From an uncultured Planctomycetota bacterium (GTDB lineage: Bacteria; Planctomycetota; Planctomycetia; Gemmatales; Gemmataceae), in contig CAWKHF010000012.1 in the NCBI GenBank assembly GCA_963849325.1, positions 896,001-960,000 of the forward strand: a DNA stretch of 64,000 bases. Direction: 5' to 3'. Made by a program: the position numbers and the translations under genes. Under the pieces are notes generated by a model. That model saw only the letters and a list, made by a program, of their open reading frames with translations. It ran no database searches and had not been told where the DNA came from. This document shows positions 10,266 through 21,014 of the stretch, one piece after another (the first letter of the stretch is position 1; each line of letters begins with the position of its first letter).

Positions 10266-10332
10266 CGTTTAGCCGCGACGCGCAGCGGAGCGCGAGACCG
10301 TCGCGCGCTCCGCTGCGCGTCGCGGCTAAACG
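10266..10332. repeat. REP-like perfect palindrome (29-bp arms)
   Basis: CGTTTAGCCGCGACGCGCAGCGGAGCGCG ... CGCGCTCCGCTGCGCGTCGCGGCTAAACG. Confidence 0.85.
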
Positions 10333-10370
10333 AAGACACGTCATCACTGTATAGTAAGCCGGAGACCTTG

Positions 10371-10394
10371 ACCACCCAACCACCTAACCACCCA
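10371..10394. repeat. Octamer tandem repeat (ACCACCYA)3
   Basis: ACCACCCA ACCACCTA ACCACCCA just upstream of the dipeptidase ATG. Confidence 0.6.
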
Positions 10395-10401
10395 AGTACC
10401 C

Positions 10402-11479
10402 ATGTTGATCGTTGATGCTCACCTGGACCTGGCCTGGAACGCCCTGGATTGGAACCGCGACCTGCTGCTGCCGGCGGCCGACATCCGCCGCCGCGAGTGC
10501 GAGCTGGGCATGACCGGCAAGGGCCGTGGCGAAGGCACGGTGTCGTTTCCCGAGCTGCGTCGCGGCGGTGTCGGCCTGTTCATCGCCACGCTGTTGCCCC
10601 GCCTGCTGCGGGCCAACCTCATGCCCGCCATCCAGCGCTACGAGCGGATGGAGGGTGCCTATGCCGCCGCCCACGGACAGATGGCGTATTACCGTGTCCT
10701 CGAACAGCAGGGCGTGCTGCGCTGGATCAAAGACGCGCCGAGTCTCGAAGCCCACGTCCGCGCCTGGCAGAGCAACGCCGACAAGGAACCGCTCGGCTTC
10801 ATCCTCAGCATGGAAGGGGCCGACCCCGTGCTGTCGCCGGAGCAGGTCGAGGAGTGGTGGCAAGCGGGACTGCGGATCATCGGGCCAGCCCACTACGGCG
10901 TCAGTCCCTACGCCGCACGGCACCGGCACCGAGGGCGGACTTTTCCCGCAAGGGCCGGCCCTGCTCAAGGAAATGGAGCGCGTCGGCATGGTCCTCGACG
11001 TGACGCATCTGTCCGATCAGTGCTTCGACGAGGCGCTGGACATCTACGGCGGGCCGGTGCTGGCCAGTCATCACAACTGCCGCGCCCTGGTGCCGGACCA
11101 GCGACAGTTGACCGACGAGCAGATCGAGCGGCTGATCCAGCGCGGCGCGGTGATCGGCGCCGCCCTGGACGCCTGGATGCTGGTGCCCGGCTGGGTGCGC
11201 GGCCAGACGCGGCCGGAAGAAACCGGCGTCAGGCTGGAGACAATGGTGGACCACATCGATCGCGTCTGCCAGCTGGCCGGCAACGCTCGTCATGCCGCCG
11301 TCGGCACCGACCTGGACGGCGGCTTCGGCCGCGAACAATCGCCGTATGACCTGGACACCATCGCCGACCTGCGGCGCCTGCCCGACCTGCTCCGCCGCCG
11401 CGGCTACGACGGCGAGGCGATCGCCGCCATTCTGCATGGCAACTGGATACGGTTCTTCTCCGAGGCATTGCGACGCTGA
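10402..11479 (+). CDS. Membrane dipeptidase (peptidase M19); apparent frameshift near 10915
   Basis: VDAHLD and SMEGAD in the first frame; LDVTHLS, ASHHN and VGTDLDG in the second. Confidence 0.9.
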
Positions 11480-11539
11480 GTCGCGGCCGTCATGCCTATG
11501 TCGAGGAGACGCCGCCAGTCGATATCGAGGGAAACGTTG

Positions 11540-12292
11540 ATGTCCACGAACTCGGCCACGACTGACCGTTCCTCCTTCTGGGCTAAGCAAATCGCGCCGC
11601 GAATAACCGTTGGCCAGATCGCCTTCGATTTCGCGTTCGGGATTGCGCTCCCCGTGATCTGCCTGTATTTTGACCCCATCGTCTTTCACGCGACTTTTGG
11701 CGAACCTCTCCTCGGCCGTCATGCCGTTGTCGCCGGCATAGCCATCGGCCTTGGGTTGCTTTCGCTATCTGCATGGATGTTGATTCGGTGGCCGCCGGCT
11801 TTCATGGCCGGGCTCTTGGCTGGAGGCGCGATCTTTGCCACACTGCTCGGCTTGGTCCTTCTTCCCTTTAGCCTAATCGGCCTGTTCGCCTGCATAGGTG
11901 TTCTCGGCTTTTCGCCATTTGTGACAGCCTTTGTCCTCTGGCGAAATGCCGTTCGCGCGTACCGGCGGACTCGCCAGGGCAGAAGCGAAAGATGGGTGCT
12001 GATAGGGGTGGCTGCTGGTCTGGCAATGTCCTGCGCGGGACCGTGGGTCGTCCAGTCGTATGTCACCTACGAATCTTCACGGGCATTGGAAATGGTACAG
12101 TCGCCTGATGCGGTTGAAGCCGCGCAGGGACTTTCCGTATTCAAACGATTGCGTGTCTTCGCCAACTATGATCGGCTTGTTTTCGCATATGAGGCAGAGA
12201 AGGATGCAGAACGTCGTGAACAGTTAGCTGAGGCGTACAAGGAGTTAACGGGCACGGAAATCGAGCATCGGCTTGCAATCCTCCGGGATTGA
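11540..12292 (+). CDS. Hypothetical multi-pass membrane protein
   Basis: Several hydrophobic helices (FDFAFGIALPVICLYFDP...); looks more AT-rich than its neighbours. Confidence 0.7.
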   Translation: MSTNSATTDRSSFWAKQIAPRITVGQIAFDFAFGIALPVICLYFDPIVFHATFGEPLLGRHAVVAGIAIGLGLLSLSAWMLIRWPPAFMAGLLAGGAIFATLLGLVLLPFSLIGLFACIGVLGFSPFVTAFVLWRNAVRAYRRTRQGRSERWVLIGVAAGLAMSCAGPWVVQSYVTYESSRALEMVQSPDAVEAAQGLSVFKRLRVFANYDRLVFAYEAEKDAERREQLAEAYKELTGTEIEHRLAILRD

Positions 12293-12536
12293 CACCGGGC
12301 TTTCGCCGCCCCGGGAACTTCCTTTGGGGATGATGCGACGGCGAACACAGGTACTCCTTTGGCGGCTGCCGAAAAAGGCGGTTGCCTCGGTCGAAAGGGA
12401 TGTTTGCGCTTCGGTCGCGGGAAATCCATGCGGATCTCCTCTCGGATTGCTCGACGAAGGACCGAACAGGGAAGGGAGGCGTGTATCGGTTCGCGGCGGA
12501 GATATCTCGGCCGGGTTGCCTCCAACACGGAGTAGG

Positions 12537-13289
12537 ATGCTCATGTTCCGGCAGTTGGCAAGGATGCTCTGGTTGCGGCGATTCCAGTCCCTTCGGCGCA
12601 CGCTGACCTTGACAGCGGCGTTGTCTCTGGGATGGAACGCGGCCCAGACAGCACAGGCGCAAGTCGGATCGCGCGGCAGTGATCACGGCGCGGTCGTCTG
12701 CCCCGGCGGCTGTTACGGCGGCGCTCACCCGTTCGGTTGCCGCGGCTACGGCGGTCCCGGATACTACGGCTTCTTCCGGCGCTACTGGTCCTACGGCTTT
12801 TACGGGCCGAACTATCTCTACGGACCCAACGACGGCATCAATGGCTTCGAGCCGGGCTACGGTCTGGTCTATGCGATCCCTCCCTGCGCTCGGGATGCTG
12901 CCAATTCCGCGATCCCACCCTCCGCCGCCTCCGGCTCCTCGACCTCCTCGGCCAACACGAACACGCCGGGCACCGCCACCACTACCCCTGCGGCTTCGCG
13001 GGCGGACAACACTCCTCTGCCGGAGAACGCCGCGCGCGTGCTGGTGATCGTGCCGGAGAATGCGGAGGTCTTGTTCAACGGAGGCAAGACCGCTCAGACG
13101 GGAACGATCCGCGAGTTCGTCTCGCCGCCTCTGGCGCCCGGCAAGAACTTCACCTACGAAATGGTTGTCCGTCGCCCGGATGCCGGCGGCGGGACGATGG
13201 AAGAAAAGCGCTCCCTCCGCGTTCGTGCCAACGAGCAGTATCGCATCGATTTTACCGAGTCCCTGATTCGGTCGGAGCCGCGACCGTGA
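12537..13289 (+). CDS. TIGR03000-domain secreted protein with Gly/Tyr-rich region
   Basis: Signal peptide, GY-rich stretch, VPENAEVLFNG.KT.QTG..REFVSPPL.PGK.FTYE domain. Start codon uncertain. Confidence 0.85.
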   Translation: MLMFRQLARMLWLRRFQSLRRTLTLTAALSLGWNAAQTAQAQVGSRGSDHGAVVCPGGCYGGAHPFGCRGYGGPGYYGFFRRYWSYGFYGPNYLYGPNDGINGFEPGYGLVYAIPPCARDAANSAIPPSAASGSSTSSANTNTPGTATTTPAASRADNTPLPENAARVLVIVPENAEVLFNGGKTAQTGTIREFVSPPLAPGKNFTYEMVVRRPDAGGGTMEEKRSLRVRANEQYRIDFTESLIRSEPRP

Positions 13290-13329
13290 GGGAGCGGGAG
13301 AAAGCCCCGCTCCCTGACGGTCGCGGCTC
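13275..13329. repeat. REP-like palindrome or bidirectional terminator between convergent genes
   Basis: GAGCCGCGACCGTGAGGGAGCGGG ... CCCGCTCCCTGACGGTCGCGGCTC (one mismatch), followed by a T run. Confidence 0.8.
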
Positions 13330-13344
13330 GGTTTTTCCGCGCGC

Positions 13345-13608
13345 TTACTTCTCGACCACGTCCTCCATTCGAGCGATGGCGACGATTTCGGTGCGCACCA
13401 GCAGGAGGCGGCGGCGGTTGCGCTTGATGCCGGTGTGGACGGACGCGGCCACGTAATTTTCGCGCGTCGTGTCGGTGTCGCGCAGATCGTGCAGGTCGGC
13501 GTTGCGCAGCTCCAGGAAGTGCTCATCCACCCGGTTCAGCGTGCCCAGGCAAACGTATTCGGTACGCAGATCGACGATCACACGCTGGCCGATCAGCTCG
13601 TCCAACAT
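13345..13608 (-). CDS. Small Sm/LSm-like protein (87 aa)
   Basis: MLDELIGQRVIVDL...VCLGTL..VD.HFLEL.NA resembles Sm1; LLLVRTEIVAI resembles Sm2. Confidence 0.6.
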   Translation of the reverse strand: MLDELIGQRVIVDLRTEYVCLGTLNRVDEHFLELRNADLHDLRDTDTTRENYVAASVHTGIKRNRRRLLLVRTEIVAIARMEDVVEK

Positions 13609-13709
13609 TTCCCTTCCCTCACTCGTCCGCAGGGATACCCGGCACGACCGGCGCCTGCTATTGTAACGGAAGTTTTTCCCAAAAGACCTCCCGAGACCGC
13701 AGCGCATCC

Positions 13710-14504
13710 ATGTCAACCAATCCCTTGTCCGCGGCCGAACGCTTTCATCAAACCGCCCTGGCACGCTTGCAGCAACTGCTGGACGTTCAGCGCGACGCTC
13801 TGGACCGGGCCGCCGAGTGGTGCACCGAGGCCATCGCCGCGGACGGCCTGGTGCATTTGTTCGGCTGCGGACACAGCCGTATGTTGTGCGAGGAAATGAC
13901 GCCGCGACAGGGCTGTTTCGTCGGCTGGCACACCATCGTCGAGCTGGGACTGACGTTCCACAACCTGATTGTCGGTCCCAACGGCCTGCGCCAAAGCCTG
14001 CACCTGGAGAAGACACCCGGCTATGCCGAGCAGATCCTGCGCAACTTCGCCTTCGGGCCGAAGGACGTGATGATCGTTATTTCGACCAGTGGTATCCGTG
14101 AAGTCATCATTGAGATGGCGGAGGCGGCGAAGCAGCGCGGTCTGCGCGTCATCGGCGTCGTGAGTCGGGTCCACTGCGAGCAGGCCCGGCCGGCCCACGT
14201 CTCGGGCAAGAAACTCCTCGACTTGGCCGACGTCATTCTGGATAACGGCGCTCCCGTCGGCGATTGTTTGTTCGAGCTGGAAGGCGGCGCCGGCAAGACC
14301 GGCCCGTTCAGCACGCTGGGCGGCGCGCTGGTCATGAACATGCTGCGCTGCGAGGTGGCGCAGCGGTTGGTGCGGCGCGGCATCGAGCCGGTGTTCCTGC
14401 CCAGCCACCAGTTCGTCGGCAGCCGCACGGTGGAGGAACAATTGGATTTCTTTTACGCCCAGTACGCCCGCCGCATTGCTCCTCTGTACGCAAGGCAAGG
14501 ATAA
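13710..14504 (+). CDS. SIS-domain sugar isomerase family protein
   Basis: VHLFGCGHS, ISTSG, DVILDN..PVGD, GPFST. Confidence 0.88.
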   Translation: MSTNPLSAAERFHQTALARLQQLLDVQRDALDRAAEWCTEAIAADGLVHLFGCGHSRMLCEEMTPRQGCFVGWHTIVELGLTFHNLIVGPNGLRQSLHLEKTPGYAEQILRNFAFGPKDVMIVISTSGIREVIIEMAEAAKQRGLRVIGVVSRVHCEQARPAHVSGKKLLDLADVILDNGAPVGDCLFELEGGAGKTGPFSTLGGALVMNMLRCEVAQRLVRRGIEPVFLPSHQFVGSRTVEEQLDFFYAQYARRIAPLYARQG

Positions 14505-14514
14505 ACTGTCAAAC

Positions 14515-14637
14515 AGGGACTAGGGACTAGGGACTAGGGAATAGGGGCAAGAGATGAGGGAGGAGAAGCCAGAGGGCAGGGGCCAGGCAAAAAGCTTCTT
14601 CCCTATTCCCTATTCCCTATTCCCTAGTCCCTATTCC
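14515..14637. repeat. Inverted heptamer arrays (AGGGAMT)n and (CCCTAKT)n
   Basis: AGGGACT x3 plus AGGGAAT at 14515-14542; about 5 CCCTATT/CCCTAGT units at 14601-14635. Confidence 0.9.
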
Positions 14638-15623
14638 AAGCGGCGACTGTTGCTGCTGGCGTTCATCATGGGGGCCGGCATGGCCGTCCTGCTGGCGGTC
14701 CTCTTCCGCGATGCCATCCCCGAGCTTTGGCGAGGCGACGACGCCTTCACTCGTTTCCCACCCGGCGCTCTGGCCGATTACGTTCCCGAGGACAGCGAAG
14801 CCGTGCTGGCGGTACACGTGCGGCCCTTGCTGGACTCGCCGGCGGGGCGCCGACACCTGGCGCCGGCCTTGCAACGACTCGTCCGCCCGGGTGAAGGCCG
14901 TTTTCGCTGGATGGACCTGCTCGGCATAAGCCCCTTGGAAGACCTGGATTACCTGCAAATTTCCTTCACACCGGGCAGCGGTGGCCAACCTCTGTGGCTG
15001 TGCGCGGCCGACTGGACCGTTCGCGCTTCGAGATCGGTCCAGGCAAGCTCCAGAAAAAGACCGTCGATCATTTCGCGGTCCTGGAGTACGCGAATCGCAC
15101 GGCGAAGACGGCGACGCTGCTCGCCCCGGTGGGCGATGCCGTGGTAGCCAGTGACACGCCAAGCCGGGTGATCGCGGCCCTGAACTACGTGCGCGACCCT
15201 CATCCCGTCACGATCCGCAACGAGACGTTGCGCCAAGGGCTGGCGCAGGTCGATCAGCGACAAAGCCTCTGGCTCGCCGCCGCGCTCAAGAGTCTCGGCC
15301 CGATCGCCCGCATCGAACCGTTTTGGCTGGAGACCATCTTGCGACCGTTGTTGACGCACGCCGACAGCGTCCATGGCGGACTCACCTGCACCGAGGACGT
15401 GCGGGTCGAACTGCACTTCCACACGACCAGCATCGAAAGCGCGGCCCGGCTGGAGACGGACTTGCGGAACATCTGCGAGGTGGCCGGGGGCGCCCCCCTC
15501 CTGTTTGGCCGAGACAAAGAACTGCTGCCGCTGTTTCGTTTGCTCGCAGCCGGACAGACGAGCCGCGAGGGCAAGATGGTCTTGCTGCGCTGCCTTCTGG
15601 CAGAGGAACAGCCGGACGGATGA
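14554..15623 (+). CDS. Membrane-anchored hypothetical protein; apparent frameshift near 15000
   Basis: N-terminal TM and YVPEDSEAVLAVHVR in frame 1, continuing VRGRLDRSRF...TLLAPVGDAVVAS in frame 2. Confidence 0.65.
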
Positions 15624-15902
15624 GCGCGGAGGGAAAGAAAGCGCGAGGGGCCGCGCCGGGTCGTTAATTGGCGGAGATGCTGGTAAACGAGTTAAGCGGA
15701 TGTTTGTCCCACGTGTGCGATCCTCCTTCCAAGCGTGCGTCCGCCAGTATAGTGCCCGCCAGCGGCGGGAGAAGGGGTTCCGCTCACAGCCCCCGTTAGG
15801 TATAAGGATTTACGACTACCTTTGCACAATCTTGCGAAGGCGTGGGAGTTGCGCCGGCGACAACGGCCGGTTCCCGAACACCGCCCACCCGAAGGGGATG
15901 TC

Positions 15903-17589
15903 ATGATTGCGCGTTCCGCCTCGGCTTTCGCCCTCGCGGTCATTCTGTCCGTCTCGTCCGGCCCCGCCACGGCTCAGGATGTCGAGAGGTATTCCCTGGG
16001 CGGCCCCCGCCTGGCCGTCGGCGACCCCGCACCCAAGCTCGCGGTCCAGGAATTCGTGCGCGGGCAACCCGTGGCGGAACTCGAGTGCGGGACGGTCTAC
16101 GTCCTCGAGTTCCTGGAAGTGTGGCTGCCCACCGTGCCGGGCCGCGATCCCGCACCTGAACGACCTCCAGAAGAAATACCCCGCCGTCGTCTTTATGAGC
16201 GTCGGGGTGTACACCCCGACGAACGACCTCATCGCGTATGTGAAGAGAACCGGCGACCACATGGGGTATCGGGTTGCCGTCGATCGTGTGCCGCCGGACA
16301 AACACCCGTACACCTGTGGGGCGATGGTTCAGGGCTGGCTGGAGCCGGCCGGCGAGGAGGGCGTCCCGACCTCATTCGTCGTTGACAGCAACGGCCGCAT
16401 CGCCTGGGTCGGTCACCCGACGGACCTGGATGCGGACAAAGCCGGCCGGCCCCTCCGTCAGATCGTCTCCGGCAAGTGGGATTCGAAGTCGGCCGCCGCG
16501 AAGTTCGCCGCGTCCCGCGGTGCTGACGCCCGCCGGCGGATCGACCAGTTGCCCAAGACCGAGCGCGATGCCGTCCACGCGCTCCACGAGCGGGTCGGCC
16601 GGGTCGAGGCGGTCATCCGTGGGAATACCGTTACCGGCGTGCGGTTCGACCCACGCCGAGTCACCGATTCGGTCATCGCGGACCTGGCAAACGGGCTCCG
16701 AAAGCTGAAAGGACTCCAGGATCTGGACCTTTGCGGCGCGGACATCACCGACGCGGGGATCCAGTCGCTTCGGACGTTGACGGCAATCGAAACCCTCGAC
16801 ATCAGCTGCACCCGCACGACGGACGCGGGGCTAGCGGACCTGCGGGACTGGAAACACCTCCGGGTTCTGAACCTCCAGGGTACCCGGGTTACAAGTGCCG
16901 GCTTGAAGAGACTGAAAGCGATGCCCAAGCTGGTGAATTTGAACCTTTCGGGCCTACCCATGACGGCCGAAGGGCTGAGGGTCCTTAAGGATTTACCCGA
17001 ACTGCACGTCCTTAACCTTTCCAGTACGGGCGTGACCGACGACATGCTCAAGGAACTTCGGGGGGTGCAGGGGCTACACGGCCTCGATCTTTCCAACACC
17101 CTCATCACGGATGCGGGAGTGAGGGAACTGAAGGACTTATCGCTGGGGTATTTGTCCCTTAAGAATACCCGAGTCGTGGGGAGGGGGTTCGCGGAGCTGT
17201 CGGAACGGATCAACACTCTGAACCTGTCCGGCACCGGAGTCACCGATGCCGGGTTATCGGAGCTGAATCGGTTCCCCAACCTCCGTCAGCTGAAGCTCGA
17301 CGGGACGCGGGTGACGGACGCGGGGTTGGCCGGGCTGCGTGGAAATCGGCGACTCCGCTCCCTTTCCTTGACCGATACCCGGGTGACCGATGCGGGCCTC
17401 TCGAGTCTCCGCGATCTGAAGGACCTTGATACATTGCAGCTGGGCGGGACCGGGGTAACGAACCGCGGGTTGCGCGAAGTAGAACGGTTCAAGACCCTCA
17501 CGTTCTTGGACGTCGCCTGCACCAGGGTGACGAAAGCGGGCGTTGATGACCTCCGAGCTGCTCTGCCAACTCTCCTAATCGCATACTAA
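15903..17589 (+). CDS. Secreted TlpA/redoxin domain fused to leucine-rich repeats; apparent frameshift near 16115-16130
   Basis: Signal peptide and LAVGDPAPKL...YVLEF, then CPPC..AIPHLN...GVPTSFVVD..GRIAWVGHP, then about 11 LxLxxTxVTDAGL repeats. Confidence 0.85.
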
Positions 17590-17972
17590 CTTGCCGGCGA
17601 ATACGCTCTGCGAATCCGAGCACTCACGGGTCGGCCACGTCCCGGTACGGAACGCGGATCCCGACGCCGCCCGCACAGGAATGTGCGTGTTACACGCCGG
17701 CACGTACTTTCTTGTGCATGGACCGCACCGACCCCGGCGAGCAGTACACGAGATAACTCTCGACCGGTGGGAGCGTTTGCCACCGGGTCATCAGTAGGCA
17801 AAGACCTTCGCGCGCTTTATATTTATCGTATTCGCCAGGCTCCCCCGGTTTCCTTCTCGTAGAGGTGGCGCATGCGTCGTTGGTATTTCCTCCTCGCTGC
17901 GTCCCTGATGAGCCGGACGGCCGCATCCGTCCATGTGGATCAACCGGATGGATAATCGTGGAGGCCAAGCGT

Positions 17973-18686
17973 ATGCCGTTGCATAATTGGACCGAGCTTC
18001 CGGGATGGGAAGGCGTTCATCATCTGTGGATCACTGAATTACTACACTGGATCAAGCCTCGTTTACCGGAGGGTTATCGAGCCTACATCGGCTCGGCTCC
18101 GGCGGTCGCCATCGGCGCCCCCACGGAGCGACCCGATGGCAGCGTGCGCCAATGGACCGAGGAGCAACCCTCGGCCACCCCGCCTTCTACCGTCTCCTCT
18201 CCGGGGGAGGCATCCACCGAGGAACCGGATGAAGAAATCGCTGTCGCCGCTCTCGATCCGAGCATGGCGCTTTACGTGCAAACCCGTGGCCGGTTGATCG
18301 CCGCGGTGGAACTCGTCTCGCCGCGCAACAAGGATCGGCCTGTCGCCCGCGCCACCTATCTCGCCCGTTACCTGGGCTATTTGCTGGAAGGCGTGCATCT
18401 GCTTCTCGTTGATGTCCATCGCCGCCCACTTCATTTTTCTTTCGCCGATAGCATCGCGCAGGAGCTGCACATCGTTCAGCCTCCCTGTCCTGCTCCTCTG
18501 GCGATCAGCTACCGTGTGGGCGAACCGGCGGCCAGCGGCGGCCGGTTCCTGGCGATTTGGCGGCGTCCCCTTGTCATCGGAGGGCCGTTGCCGCAGATGC
18601 GCCTGCCGCTGAGCGTTACCGCCGACGTCGCCGTTGACCTCGAACAGACCTACGGGCGGGCCACCGCGGACGCCTACCTGACGTGA
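17973..18686 (+). CDS. DUF4058 family protein
   Basis: MPLHNWT...HHLWITEL...LPEGY, AAVELVSPRNKDR, GVHLLLVD, VDLEQTY. Confidence 0.8.
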   Translation: MPLHNWTELPGWEGVHHLWITELLHWIKPRLPEGYRAYIGSAPAVAIGAPTERPDGSVRQWTEEQPSATPPSTVSSPGEASTEEPDEEIAVAALDPSMALYVQTRGRLIAAVELVSPRNKDRPVARATYLARYLGYLLEGVHLLLVDVHRRPLHFSFADSIAQELHIVQPPCPAPLAISYRVGEPAASGGRFLAIWRRPLVIGGPLPQMRLPLSVTADVAVDLEQTYGRATADAYLT

Positions 18687-18713
18687 TTGTTGTCTCCCGA
18701 ATGGAGGTGATCC

Positions 18714-21004
18714 ATGATCTGCCGGCGTTTGCTTTTCGTAATAACCCTATCCGCCCTGGCCCTCGACCCCGTCCGCGCCGAACCGCTGCCGGACACCAAG
18801 CCTCTCACCCGCCAGGGCGACCTCGCCGCCCAGATGGTCGAGGGCATCGATAAGTACCTGATGCGCGAGCTGGCCGCATCGGTCGAGAAGAGAATGCAAT
18901 ACTGGAAGCCCGATTTTTCTTCGGCGGAAGCGTACCGGAAATCGGTGCAGCCGAACCGCGAACGGTTGAAGAAGATTCTCGGTGTTGTCGATGAGCGCGT
19001 ATCGCCGGTCGAGATGGAATACGCCGGCACGGCGAAACAGCCCGCTCTCGCCGCCGAGACAGCTGCCTACAAAGTGTATGCCGTGCGTTGGCCGGTGCTT
19101 CCGGGCGTGGACGGCGAAGGATTGTTGCTCGAACCGAAAGAGAAGGTCGCAGCCCAGGTAGTTGCTCTGCCAGACGCGGACTGGACGCCGGAAATGTTGG
19201 TCGGCCTGGCTCCCGGCGTGCCGAAGGAAGCCCAGTTCGCTCGCCGGCTGGCCGAGAATGGCTGTCGCGTGCTCGTTCCGGTGCTGATCGATCGCAAGGA
19301 TACTTGGTCGGGCAATCCAAAACTGGGCCGCATGACGAATCAACCCCACCGCGAGTTCATCTATCGCATGGCCTATGAGATGGGGCGACATATCATCGGC
19401 TACGAAGTGCAGAAAATATTGGCTGCGGTAGACTGGTTCTGCCGAGAACAAAATCATCTTCCCGTCGCGGTCGTGGGCTACGGCGAGGGGGGACTATTGG
19501 CTCTTTACAACTCTGCAATCGATCGGCGAATCTGGCTCACGGTTGTGAGCGGTTATTTCGGACCACGCGAAGGCATCTGGCAGGAACCGATCTATCGCAA
19601 TGTCTTTGGTCTGCTTCGTGAGTTCGGCGACGCGGAGTTAGCCTCATTGGCGGAATCCGCGCTACAAGTTGAGCCGGTCAAAGGGCCGTTTGTGGACGGG
19701 TCGCCGGCCGCTCGCGCCAATCGTGGTGGCGCGGCACCAGGCCGGCTCTTGACACCAACCGAGAAAACCGTCCGGGAAGAAATGGCTCGAGTTAAGAAAC
19801 TTGATTATTTTTTTAATGCGCCCGTGCGCCTCAAGGTGATCGAAAAGGCGTCCTGAGGGGGGGACAAGGTGTGCTTGGCCTCCCTGAACTCGTACTGCTC
19901 TATCAAAAACTAAAACCTGAAGGCAAACCGCCGACAGATAACCGTAAAGACTTTGATCCCGCCCTGCGCCAAAAACGCCAGTTCGAGCAACTCGTCGCTT
20001 TCACTCAGCAGTTGATGCGCGATTCCGAGCGCTATCGCCAACAACACTTCTGGACCAAGCTCGACACGTCGTCGCTGGAGAAGTATCAGAAATCCTGCGA
20101 ACCCTTCCGCAAGCAGCTCGATGAGGAAGTCATCGGCAAACTGCCTTCGCCAACGCTGCCGATGAACCCGCAGACGCGGCCGCTCTACGACGAACCGAAG
20201 TGGAAGGGCTACGAGGTGACGCTCGACCTTTATCCCGACGTCTTCGCCTACGGTATTCTTTTGTTGCCCAAGGACCTCAAGCCCGGCGAGAAACGGCCGG
20301 TCGTCGTCTGCCAGCATGGCTTGGAGGGACGGCCGATCGTCGTGTGCAATCCCAGGGAGCGGACGAAACACTACAACTCGTTCGGTGCCCAACTCGCCGA
20401 CCGAGGTTACATTGTCTACGCGCCGCAGAACCCGTACATCGGCCACGACAACTTCCGCGTCCTCCAGCGGAAGGCCAATCCCCTTGGGCTATCGCTGTTC
20501 TCCTTCATCGTCCGCCAGCACGAGCGCACGCTCGATTGGCTGGCCACGCTGCCGAACGTCGATGCCGAGCGCATGGCGTTCTACGGCCTGTCTTACGGCG
20601 GCAAGACGGCCATGCGCGTGCCGGCGCTCTTGCCGCGCTACTGCCTGTCCATCTGCTCCGGCGACTTCAACGAGTGGATACGCAAGAATGTCTCACTCGA
20701 TTATCCGAGCAGTTATATGTTCAGCCCCGAATACGAAATGCCGGAATTCAACCTCGGCCACACTTTCAACTACGCCGAAATGGCGGCGTTGATCGCGCCG
20801 CGACCATTCATGGTCGAGCGCGGCCACGGCGATGGTGTCGGTGTCGATGAGTGGATCGCTTACGAATACGCCAAGGTGCGCCGACTGTATAGCCAGTTGC
20901 GCATCCCCGAGCGGACGGAGATCGAGTTTTTCGCCGGCGGCCACGAGATCCACGGCCAGGGTACGTTTCGGTTCCTCGATAAGCATTTGAAATGGCCGCG
21001 CTGA
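18714..21004 (+). CDS. Secreted tandem alpha/beta-hydrolase (dienelactone-hydrolase-like); split near the G homopolymer at about 19857-19863
   Basis: First half has GYGEGG; second half has CQHGLEG, YGLSYGGK and GGHEI. The two ORFs are 14 bp apart across a G run. Confidence 0.75.
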
Positions 21005-21014
21005 CGCCAGCGGC

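Noticed and set aside
12293-12536. Possible riboswitch in the long leader of the TIGR03000 gene
   Set aside because: No recognisable aptamer consensus by eye; an Rfam search would be needed.
17590-17970. Small ORFs between the LRR and DUF4058 genes
   Set aside because: No motif, RBS or codon-bias support.
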